A stretch of 64,000 nucleotides of DNA from Paragordius varius (lineage: Eukaryota; Animalia; Nematomorpha). Under the pieces are notes generated by a model. That model saw nothing but the letters and a program-made list of their open reading frames with translations. It ran no database searches and was not told the DNA's origin. Made by a program: the position numbers and the translations under genes. Numbering within the stretch: position 1 is the first letter of the stretch; each line of letters starts with the position of its first letter. Location of the stretch: NCBI GenBank assembly GCA_964247055.1, contig OZ176052.1:7254001-7318000 (forward strand), read 5' to 3'. Below, piece by piece: positions 36,393 through 49,020 of the stretch.

Positions 36393-39300
36393 TTAAACAT
36401 CAATGTTTGTTAAACTCGTTATTTTGGCACTAATATCCTTTATATCATCATCAGTTTCCATAGATTTGATAAAAACGGATAATGAATTTGAACCATCCGT
36501 ATAATGGGTATTGTTAATATCTTCATTATTATTGTAACATCGAGGTAAAGACGATTTTTGTGAAAGGTACGAAGGCGATTTATAGGCATTGTAATTGCCC
36601 AACACCGTTCCCCCATTCATAATAAACGAGGATTCATCACTGTTGGTATTATGATTGCTATTATTATAAAATAAGTTGGAACTCCCAGTACTAGTAAAAT
36701 GGCTATGGCTATTGGGATAATTTGAGTTGATATTTTTTAAATGGTATCCTCCTCCTCCTTCAGATTTTATTGCTTCTGTCATGGTAAATGCCTCCTTTTT
36801 TGAAGGTACGATTTTCGGATTTCTTTGTTGACTATCGATAACAGTATTATTATTGAATGGAATCCAAGGATTTTGGACTGAAAAGAGTACGGAAGACACG
36901 TTATATTTTGGGGTTAATCTGTTACACAAGACTGTCTCGGACCTCATACTATTGGAAGCTACACTATTTTTTGCTAAATTAACATCACGTTTGTTTCCAT
37001 ATAATCTGATGTCAGCATAACTGGGACTACTACCTTCCGGTTTATTAACAGTATTTACATTTTGTTTAACACACGAGTTATCATTCATCGTACCCTTTGG
37101 CGGCGCATCATCAGTTCCTGGGCTTAAACTTATATCATCCATCAGGGATGTGGGTTCCGTTCCACCACTTTTTAAATTGGACCGCGATACAGTGGGATTG
37201 TAACATTTTGATATGAGAGGTTGGCCATTCCTATGCACTTTTTTTCGCCAAGACACACCAATCACCGCAAGTAAGATCGTTATGGTCAAGATACACAAGC
37301 CCAAAAGAGCTGAAACGACAAAAAATAAGCGTTTATATTTACGGTAATGTTTCACATTTCGTATCCAACTAAAATGGTGACTATGTAACATTTTTCTTGG
37401 TTTTTGATTTCTTCCCCGAAAATCTGTCATTGTGAGCCAAAAGTTTGAACCTTCTGAATAATCATAATCCATGCATACAAAGGCTTGAACAGGGATACAA
37501 GTTATACACAAATTTATCAAATGAGGGGGCCCATAGCATTTCAGATCATTTAACATGTCCTAGTTATTTTATATTTAGTTAAACATAAATATATATATAA
37601 GCTTTATTCCCCACCCTAAGCAAATTATTATTGTGGTATAAATAATTTAAATGGTTAAAATCAATATTTTACCCTATCCTGTACAAAATTATGTTTTTGT
37701 TTTTCTTGGCCATATTCTTTTAACCAATCTCTTAACCATCGTATACTACAGTCACACATCCATAGGTTTTGTCTTAAATCAAGAATCTGTAAAAAATATA
37801 ATACAATAAAATGAAAAGCGTATGTATAACATTTTTTTATAAATAAAGAATAAATTTATTTTCTGGGATTAATTTGTTTGAAGCTCATTAGGCTTTCCCC
37901 AAATCGACACAGTTTGAGATAATGAATTTTTTTATTTAAACAATAAAAAATTGTTTGATTCGAGCTGAAACATTAGAACTTGATGAAGTCCCGTCAAATA
38001 AACCTTGTTGAATTTTAGTTTTAATTAAAATATTACCGATTCGGATATATTTTTGTTTCCAATAATAAGGAACCATTTTTTCCTAGACTGGCTCGTGCAA
38101 TCTTTTGCAAACGTTATATTAAAAATGATATTCAGAGAAAATGTATGCCGATAGACGATTAAAAATATAATGCTCCGGCAAAGAACGCACATTGGTAATA
38201 AATTTAGCAATCTCTATGTAAATTTTAATTAAAAACATTACCAAGGTAATTAGTATTTCGGCGACAATACAGTAGTAATTCAATGCAGTGAGAGGGATAT
38301 TAGTAAAAAAACGTAACATCAAAAGAATGGGAATATTAAATCTGAAAAAAAGTTTTCTAAAAGTTTTATATTTTAATATCGCACTAGCTTATAATATATG
38401 TTAAAATTATTCAATTAGTTTAAAGGTATAAGCGCAAAAACCAAAAAAACTCTATTAAACGGTGCAATGAGAATTAAATAACAAATCACTTAATTTTATA
38501 ACTTTTAATAAAATACAAAATTAAGAGTTTTCACAAAAAATTTAAACTTCTAAAATAAAATTTTTGTTGAAATAGCAAATTAAAAATTGTAAATCACAAA
38601 AATACTAGCTTCAAATCCACAAAAAGGGATTTTTTAAGTCGATCACATGAATAAGTAAAAAACAATTTAATAAATTTGTTATCTATCTTTAAAAACATAG
38701 TTGGTGCAAAGTTCGGTTTATCGTAAATGATTATAAAAAAATTTATTATATTATTTGGATATTGTATACCTGTAATTGATGCATATCTATACGATTAAAA
38801 ATTCCGTATTCCAAACTTAGTAAATGGTTGTATTGAAGGTATAATTGTTTGATTTTATATAAACCAGCAAAGGCATGTGCAGATATGTATGATATATTGT
38901 TATGGCTTAAATCGATCCATTCGATCCCCAAATTATGTTTGAAAGTCAGGGCAGATATTTCACCCAAATTATTGTGGGACATATCCAGAAGCTTTAAACT
39001 GGGAACTCCCTTAAAGGTATTGGAACCAATATATATTATGGAGTTGTGACTAAAATTTAATGCTTTAAGGCCCACCATGTTAACAAATGTTTCGTTATCA
39101 ATACTTGATATATGATTGTAAGAGGTGTTAATTGCTATAATAAATTATTAATTTATATTGATTAGTTAACAATAAACTATGTAATTTGACATTAATGCCG
39201 TCTTCACCACTGGTGTCTGAACAAGTTAAACTGCCAACAACTTTGTAAATAAATAATAAGGTCAGACACATCAGCGGTAGTGTATTATGAAAAAATATGT

Positions 39301-42300
39301 TTTTTAAAATTGGTTAAATCATAGAGCCTTTAAATACCTAGCTTCAAAATTTGACTTAAGTTGATTTAATTTTTCCAACAATCCATTTTCATTTAATAAT
39401 TTAACATATGTTGAGATGTTTTATCGCACAACCTCGGCTTTTTGTGTGTTTTATAGATAGCTTATTTAACAGGTATAAGTAATGAGTGAAGCTTATAAAT
39501 ATATAAATTAAATAAATAATTGTGTACCTTTATTAATGCCATATATAAATTAAAATATTGGTTCGAAACATAGAGCTTATGCTACAAACAGAAATTTACC
39601 ATTTCCGGCACTAAATTTTAATAAATCAAAAGTGCAAAGCCAAAAGCATTTACTAGATTTTGTTCCAGACTATTTTTCAGAAAAATATGATTGTAGCCAA
39701 GAGTCATTAATTACTACTGGATTGATTGTATTTTTTAGCGGACAGTGTAATATTTCACTGGTCATAATCTTACCTTATCAATTATATTGTTAATTCAATG
39801 GATTATTCATAAAGGGAATCAATCAAATACATACCTGTGATATAAAAGGAGTCAACAAATGTATTTTTTGAAAATCGGGTGATGCTATTATGAGACAAGT
39901 CAATGAGATCAATTCTTTTTTCTATAGAATTAAATGTCCCTGATAGAATAACACTGATTTTATTTTTGGATAAATCAAGAGATTTTAAATGATTCACATT
40001 TAGTGAATTTATGCATTTCATATCCGCATAAGTTAATTGTTTAATCAAATTTGAATCTAAATCCAGTTTCCTTAACTCTGTAAAGTTCTGAAACGTTTGA
40101 CAGAATGTGTGAAGGTTGAAAATTTTGTTACCAGTCAATATAAATCGTTTGAGTGGTAGTGTGTTGGATATGTTGTAAGAAGTATGATTGTATACTTTTG
40201 TCGCTATAGTCTCAATTTTGTTATAGGCCAGGTTTATAATCTCTAATGCCGGTAATAGCGGGATGCTATCATTTTTGATTTCATAAATTTCATTGTAGGA
40301 TAAATCTAGATACCAGAGGGCATCAAATCCCTGCAAAAATTTACTTGGAATAGTGGTTAGTAAATTTCCGTTGAGATATAATGTGCCTATCATTTGTTTA
40401 ATGGGTGCAGTTAATGCAGTAGCATCAATATTTTTGATAATATTGTTTGCTAGATTAAGTACCCAACAATTTTTGAGTGGCACCAAAGCTTGGGATGGAA
40501 TTTGTGATAATTGATTACCTTTTAGGTGTATGTATGTTAGGCTTTCTTCGGTTCCTAGTCACATATATTAATATAAAAAACTGGGTATAACCATAGACCT
40601 TTAGCCAAACTAAAATCTATTGGGGAAATACATGCAGTTACGAAAGCCTTTTATAAAAGATGGACTAAATTTGAACAGTTTTTTCAGGTTCAACCGAGAT
40701 AAAATTTTTGAAAATAAAAGTGTCATATTAGTTTATAATCTTTTGGCTAATATTATCCGAAATTAAGCCTTAGTATTTTACGTTATAGGTAAAAATAATT
40801 TTTAGATTAGAAATTTCGTGAAATATTTAATATTAATGATTCTTGTATTTAAACAGGTAGCCGTTTTTTTTTGGGGGGGGGATAGAAAACTAATTTTAGA
40901 AACGTATAGCCGGATTTCGAAATTCGACTATGAGGCTGTTTTAAGAACCCTAATTAAACGGTTTTGAAGCTGAAAATTTTTGAAGAAATAGAAGCATTCC
41001 ATTCCTTAAAATATACAACAATTCCTCTTTAGAAATAAATATTGGATCCAATAATCAAAATACCTTAATTTCACAAAAGATTCATTGTCAAACCATATAT
41101 ATATATATATATATATTATTAAGAATAAATTATAATTCAGAAACAATTTTTAAAATTATCATATGGTTTTTATGGTCAAATTAGCCGAATTTTTTTTTCT
41201 GACATAAGCAATAACAACAATTATTATCTTCTGATGTTGCAAAAAGGAGATTGATGCATCAATCGACGGTTTTAATGTTTTTTAAATTTTTTAGCATTAT
41301 CCGATGCGGAAAGACCTTACGTAAATATTCCTATCCATTTAAATATGATATTATTCCATAAACAAATTTATTACATTAATTGTACTTATGCGCCGCTTTG
41401 CAATGTTTATTTAAAATTTTATATTAAACATATTTTGCAGCCCGTTTATATATAATGTAATTTGGTTACCATTTGTTATTTATGATCAATATCAAAAATT
41501 TTAATATAAATTAATTTATAATAAACGCAAATATTAGGGAGTCTAAATTTTATTATAACCGATTTCTTACAATACGTACCTAAAGCAATTTTGTAGAAAA
41601 CTCGTGCTAGTTTATTCATACAATGGTATATTATTCATGTATGTACCGATTTGGTCAAGCTACTTTTAAATACGCCCGTATTTAGAGCCACCCCTCGAAA
41701 AAATTAGTGATTTTTAAAAAAATCATGCTCCCTAATAGTGCCTTTAAAGCAGCTTTCCGGCACGGCTCACATAGAGAACGTCAATATAAAATAGAATAAT
41801 ATTATAATCATTGCAATGAGGTTAGCAGTAATCCCTATTTTATACGGTTTAAACTTTATAAAAAGTTAATTTGTGGCTAAAAAACATATAGCAATCCCCC
41901 ATAAAAATTGCGATTCTATATATTATTCCATAGCGGCATTTTTCAACAGAAGATAAAAATAATAAAATCCGCCAAAAAATTATCAATGATGTTTGTACGG
42001 ATCAGTTTATAAAATTTAGATAAAATTAAAACCATTCAGATGGGTTATTCATTTTATCGCCACAATAAATTCTAAATTTAAGAATTTTTCCCATCGTTGT
42101 CAACTTGGTTATGGAATTAAATGATTATAAAAATTCAATTTTACCGGTACAAGGATAAATATTTGGCATGTGTTTTAATCTGCTTTACATTATTTGAACG
42201 TCAATTGTATCCATGTTTTCATTTTATTTATACGTTTACCGATATGTTAAATTTATATTTGGAAAACATCTAAAAATGCCTATTTGTATGATAAAAATAA

Positions 42301-43325
42301 ATTAAAAAAATTGTGTACAACTTTTGAAAAGATTATATAAATTAAATTTACCGTTGAACGCGTATGGCGCTATCGTTTTTAATTTGTTTTTTTCCAAATT
42401 TAGGGTTCGCAAATTTCTTAAATAAATGAAGGCATTATTAGGTAGATGATGGAGATTATTTTCACTGAGTATTAAATATTCTAATTGGACAAGGTGTGTA
42501 AACGTTTCTGGCGTAAGAAATGATAATAAGGTCCCTGGCATAAATAATGCCTTAAGGCTTATGAGTCCTCTGAAAGCGTTGGCATTAATAATTTTTATAG
42601 GGTTAAATCCTAAATTTAAACTGATTAAAGAACGGAGAGCTAGAAATGGATCACTCGGTCCCAGTATTTCAATGTGATTTCTTGCCAAATCTAATTTTTC
42701 CAACGTTCGTAAATGAGTGAATGAATTGACGGGTAAAATTTTTAACTGGTTGTTTTGCAATTGTAACTCTAGTAAGCTGTTTTCTAGACCAGCAAACGCC
42801 CATCCATCTATGTGTACAATTTCATTCGTTTCCAAATGCAATGTTTTTAGTTTTGTCAATGATGAAAACGCGAATGAACCGACCTGATTTATTCGGTTGT
42901 AGGAAAGATCCAAATCTCTGAGATTAGTTAGAGGAATAAGAGCCGTCTTGGGAACATCTAATAAATCATTGACCTTCAAATTTAACCATTCAAGTCCTTT
43001 GAGCCGTCTGAATGCATTTGTAGAAACATTCTTTAACTTGATATTAATCAGTGATAAACTCTTGAGATTACTAAAGGATTTGAATACATTATCCGAAATA
43101 TATCCTGTATCGCTTGAAGTTAATTCAAAGTTGGTTATTGTACCAAGCTGCATATTGGCACTCTCCGAAAGTGTTTTTGTAATTTGTTCAATCGAATGTG
43201 CTTCACAACTTACATCGTATAGAAGGGATAACTTTTTAGCATCCGTTACATGTAAATCGTTTGGTGTACATTTACATTGGGTCATATTAATTAAAGTATC
43301 ACAAACGGATCCAACATTCTTCTTG
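36393..43325 (-). CDS. Leucine-rich-repeat type I transmembrane protein (roughly 25 LRRs, LRR-NT, LRR-CT, one TM, no TIR); 5' exon(s) unresolved
   Basis: Exons (minus) 43325-42352, 40554-39835, 39134-38770, 37786-37673, 37559-36393; phases match. LRR-NT VCDTLINMTQCKC...VSC; repeated LxxLxLxxNxL..I...AF; LRR-CT ILDLRQNLWMCDCSIRW...CYGP...C; TM LFFVVSALLGLCILTITILLAVIGVSW followed by RKK; ~280 aa N/S-rich tail ending TNIDV-stop. Confidence 0.88.
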
Positions 43326-45991
43326 CTATTTTAATTAAAATAATTAGATATTTTAAAACAATGGTATAAAACGATTGCTTGCTTCAAAATATTCGGTTTG
43401 TAAATATTTATAAAATTATGGTTTTATACGAAAAATAGTTTTCAAGAGGCTTTAAGTTATATTATCGTATCCTTATTTAGAGTACATTGTATCAAGAAAC
43501 TAGTTATGAAAATATATGTATGACATACATAATAAACCATTGGGCAGTTGTTAACTTAATTTTACATATTAATTGTTTTTAAATTTGATTTTAGAAAAAT
43601 TATTTACTTTAGCAATTGAGAATTTTCGGGATAAATAATTTGGAATAAAGCACACAGGTAAAAAATTATCATGATATAATATAATTTTGGAAACGAGATT
43701 TTATAATAAATCAGTAGATAATTATGAATTTTGGTAGCAGAAAATATATTATTGGATTGTTTGGCCTTATATTTTATTAACTTACCTACATAGCTGATTA
43801 GAAGAAAATAACCATTAAATTAATTTATTATTATTATTGTAATTGTGGACATATATTCCCGTTATTAAATATATATATTACCATAATTGGTTTATTTTGC
43901 AACATTAAAATTATTACTAAGAGAAATAATTATGTTTTAGCGATGGTTGGTTATTATATCAATAAGAAGCGGATTTTTCATTTGCAGATAGAAAGCATAA
44001 GAATGATGATGTTGATAAGTTATAAGGAAAGGAATGATAATAAGAAGTCCATCATATAGAATGTTTTGGATCAAAAATTGGTTTTAAAACATTTCCATTT
44101 CAATTTCTATAGCATTAATGGTTTACACCTTTGACTATAGATTTATTTATATAAATTTATCCAGAAATGTAGTGATAAAGTATTCAATAAAATTGTTTTT
44201 TTGGAAGAAAAATGCAAAAATGTTATAATAACCATAATAATCACCATCCATGTCCTTTAGAAGTATTGGAAAAGCCAGGAAAAAATTTTTTTTGCTAAGA
44301 TCTTTAGAAATCATTATTTTAAAACGAAAAATTAAAGCAAATTTTTTTAGCTTCTTTTTACTGTGTCGTTGTCGTGGAAAATAATGCCCCCTTAGGAATT
44401 AAGTTGTATACGCATTTATAAATAAATGAACACTTCATTTAACAACCAACCAGTAGATACTTAAGTTCTCTTACCACAATCTCATCTGAATTTAACATTT
44501 GTTAAGTTATGTTATGTAAATATTTAGCGTAATAAAATGGCTTATTTATTACATATATATGTACCAATAATAAATCAAACTGACATACATACAGTCAATT
44601 GGAATCTAACATTTTTTTCAATCGATATATTTGCTGTGAATTCTGAAAGGATTTTTATGTTTCCCTGTTAAATTAATTTTTTATTAACCTTTAATTTAAC
44701 AGTTTCGCATATTCTATTGAGAGAATAAAATATAAGGCCACAAGTTTTAAATCTGATTCTGCTTTTTACAGTAGGAGGTGTATTGTTGGGTAAATGAATA
44801 AAGGATAATTTTTGTCTATATTAATCAAATAAATCACCTATCATATTTGCTTTATTATTTTACTTAAAATAATGATACATTTTTTTGCCAAAACTGTTTT
44901 TAATCAGTAGACCCTTAAAAAGCTTTTTTGTTTAATAAGAATATGATTATTGATTTTACAGTGTTATAATTAAGAAGCCGAAAAATTTCTAAGTTAAATA
45001 ATAATTAATGTGTTATTATCAAATGATATTTATAATTAAAATTTTAGAGAATATGTTAAACCCATATAGATTACAGATCAATTAAACTTCAATCACCACC
45101 TAAGATTTGAAATCACATACATTTCAGATAATATTTTCGGATTCCATTTACTCTCAAACGTTTCAAATTTACTCTAAAAAATATATGTTTTTTGCTAAAA
45201 ATTAAGAGCAATTTAGGCTAATTTTTATTTTTCTGTATTTTATTGTGGAGACTTTCTCATTTTTTAAAATATTGAAATTGATTATGCTCTATAAGTGCGA
45301 TAAGATTAGTGGAACTAAAAGTTAATTTACTAAATTAAGTATAAGATTGGAATAAATAAATTTTTAACACTTAGTTATTACTAAAAAAATGTGACAAAAT
45401 TACACTAACTTACGATAACATTAAATATAAATTAAATTTTGTCTCTATTGCAGACACAACGTGTGATAACTATAATATATCAAAATGTTAATTTAAAATA
45501 ACTTTGATCATTTATATGTTAACTTTTATAACTAATATTAAACTTTATTTTATCTTTTTTGCTGATCTTTTATTGCAGAAAGACTAAGTTTGAACATACA
45601 TACGTATGTGCTATATTGTCAAGATGAGAAGCCTTAATTGGCTTGAAAAAATAAAATGAGATATCTAGTAGAGGATGTCAAATCAAATTTAAAATAATAC
45701 AATCACAAAATTAGACTCTGATAATCAAACACTTTTTTCATGACATAAACGTGTTAGCTAAATTTCAGCATAAGAATGCAATTACATTGATGTTAATATG
45801 GTATATTTACATCCATATTGAATAATAAAAACACTTGGAGTTTGATTTTTGGACATATTGATATAAAATATCGAATTTGTAAATTAATTAGTTAACATAT
45901 ATTTTAAAAAATTAAGCTTTAGTTTTGTATAAATGATTTACTAACAAAAATCAAAAGATTAAGAAAAACAATTAATTATAGGCATCTCGTC

Positions 45992-46030
<39 letters not shown>

Positions 46031-47319
46031 AAAATTTAAATGAATAATGTGTAAATATTCAATATAATCACCACACAGGATTTTATTATTGATTTGCTTG
46101 TATATTCGTATTCTTAAGTCTAAGCCAAAGATATTTATATATAAATTTGTTAAATCAACCATAAATTTGCTATTAATTGCAACTTGTATTTTATGTCTTT
46201 TTTATGTGTCCCCCTCTCATTTTAATCCTTCAAAACAACTAGCTAATATTTTGATAAATTATAAAGCCATACAATTTCTTTTGATGCAATTCAGACAGTT
46301 TAGTCAAATTTTGTTTGTAAACTTAGCTAATATAGAAAAGGAATTTCCTCTCAACTTTATGATAATTTTTTTCCAATGTAAATTTAATTTAAATATATAT
46401 TGAAATTGGAACATAAAAAATTATTCAACAATTATTTAAAATAATGATGAACTTAAAAGTTTTACATGTGTTCTTATTTTTAAAAAACCCATTATTTCGG
46501 GACATCTTCCAAACCTAATTTGGTCTCTGGAGACATATATGTATACTTTATATGTTATCATAATAATGGACCATCTGTCGATTATTATATATTTATATTT
46601 ATAAATCTATAGCATAAAATAATAAGAGCTAAAAAAATCAAAATTATATGCATAAATATTCCTTGCAAAGAAACGTGAATATATGGTGTAATTTTGGAAA
46701 AATGTATATTTGTTTTTGATAGTTTCATTTCAAACATTTTAAAAGTTTAAGGAGGATTCCAAACATATAAAATATTTGTGCTTAGGTTATAAATTTATGT
46801 AAAGATGATTATAGAACCGTACTATAAACCGTTAGTCGAATCGACAAACTCGCTCCGCTGCCGTCGGTGGCTCTCCAAACATTTTAATTATTATCCTTAA
46901 TTAAACTTCTTATAATAAACAGTATATTAACAAAATATTAATCCAGCTTATTTTAAAAATCTTAAATTTGTCGCTAACTTTGAGGGAACATAAGGTAGTA
47001 GATAATTTTGTTGACCGAAGTTTTTGCAAAAATTTAACATGTCAAAATTGAACATAACCCAGCCCTTTTTGAATCAGCTGTTTAACACATTTTGGTTTTT
47101 TAGCAATTAATCCCATAGATGCTTTTGATCTTTCCAAATTTTAAAAATCCACTCTACCTTTTAACTATTATATAAAGTACCTACCGACCCTGAAATTTAA
47201 GAAACTAGTAAAAAACTTGTCATAACTACTGCCTATCCATTAAAAATTTTGATCCTTTCAATATTCTTTATAAACTAATTTTTTACTTTTTTGGTAAAAA
47301 TCTTGTAATTTTGTATTCT

Positions 47320-48368
47320 AATCAAAATATTCATCGGCTTCTACATGTTTTCGCTTCCTCGTGTAATATGTGAATGCCGTGACAAAAAACTGATTCTTTT
47401 GCGGAAAACCATTTGCACCAAGCCATTATCCCACGTCTTAATTATCGAAGTGAGGTTCTGCTAAAGTGGTTCCCATTGATGCGAAGTTGTATCATTCAAA
47501 TGACGCTAGGTCAGAAAAGTTCAGCAGATGCGAACTCATTATAAGCGTCTTTGACTGTTCTGCAGTGTGAGACGGGAAATCGTCAAGTAGCGAAACCACT
47601 TTGCCCATGTCTTCTGGCCAATTCCGATCGTTTTTCTATTAATGCAAGGTTTGAAATAATGATTTGTTGGCGATAGCACAATGGTTTCAGTTCATGGTTC
47701 ACAATACTGCTCTCATCTCACCAGGCACAGAACATGGTATTCTCGCCAAAGCAATTTAACCTTGGTGTTAGTGGACCGGCTTGGCAAGGTGAAAGCCATT
47801 TTTTCTGCTTAGTATTTATTTAATAAAGCTACTTTGCAACACCTGTCACATTTCAATGGAAAAATTATTTCCTTATATGATGTTTAAGTAGAATTTCACA
47901 AGTTATTTTGAGATTTTTGATTTGAGATTAATCAAAAGGGGCACATTACCGGGTTTATTAGTCTTTCCACTTATCGTAGACGTTTACTAAATGTTTTTTG
48001 TGATATATTTAATGATTTTTCCAATGGCCGTCGAGTGTATGTTGAATCATCTCAATCGATAACTTTTACACTTTATTGTCTTCGCACTAAGTGGTCTCAC
48101 TCCCAATCCCCCTTTTTAAATTTTTGAAATCATGCTCATGTGTTAATATGTTCCACACATGTTTCTGCCAGCAAACGATAATTTTCAACAGCACTATACT
48201 TCTGCTGCTGCAAGTTTATTTTTCAGACTCAAAATTAGGCATGATTACCGAATGATACAAACACTATTTTTTGGACTCAACTTGTGTCTATTTATCGCTT
48301 AATGTTATATAAATAAAATGGGGTCTGTATAAAATTAACGTAAACCGGTAATGACTGACTGCACCTTA
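47320..48368 (-). mobile_element. Decayed mariner (Mos1-like) transposon
   Basis: Minus-strand fragments MPNFESEK, FQKFKKGDWE (HTH), DLASFE*YNFASMGTTLAEPHFD and CHGIHIL, matching Mos1 FQRFKSGDFD, YSPDLAPSDYHLFASMGHALAEQRFD and WRGIHKL; 5' TIR TAAGGTGCAGTC...TTACCGGTT next to TA; many stops and frameshifts; 3' TIR not found. Confidence 0.82.
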
Positions 48369-49020
48369 TATTATATATATATATGTATATTGTGTAAATA
48401 TAGCCATAATTTTACTAGTTTCTTTTTAAAAAATTAGCATAACATCCCTAGAAGTGATTGAAACCCTCGAATCGTAACAGGTTTTGGAAAAAAAATAATT
48501 TATAAAAGCTCAAAATTTTACGATATCTTTTGAATTTATACAGTAACATTTTAAACAACCGCTTCTATTTAAAAGCAATTTTCGGAATAATTTTTGATTT
48601 TTAAATTTGGAGTTATTGTAATATTGCCGTTTACATTAGGTAAAAGCTAGCAAACTAGTGATCACCTGTTTAAATCTTTAAACACCTCTTTTTCAGTTGA
48701 TTGAACCTATTTAAATAATTTACTTTACTAAAACGATTAAGAGGTATACCTGAATATGACAAAACCGCTGCATATGCACGTCAAAATTTGGATAGAAATT
48801 GTTGGCATATATATTTTGTGATAATAGTGATCTGAAAATTAAATTATATGAAGTTTGCACCACCAATAGTGTAATAAATATATAAAGTTTATGAATGAAA
48901 ATATTTATTAAATAAATTTATCACTTGTACACATTAGATTAATTGTGTTTTCATATGTTATTTATTTATTAACAAAGGTTATCACAAAAAAATCCCGAAT
49001 AATTTTCCCTTTCCCTTATA

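Noticed and set aside
37900-38340. Extra LRR exon or non-LTR RT fragment (KIQQGLFDGTSSSS resembling GIFQGDSLSP)
   Set aside because: Exon 38770 splices cleanly in frame to 37786 (HQLQ|ILDLRQNLW); the RT resemblance is one short motif among stops and too weak to call.
43786-44100. TAA read-through or variant genetic code (frame MEMF*NQFLIQ...LLIIIPFL with several TAA)
   Set aside because: TAA is a real stop elsewhere (after CSIL at 49021, MAP7 35628, LRR 36393), the frame has many TAAs, and its phase does not match the next exon.
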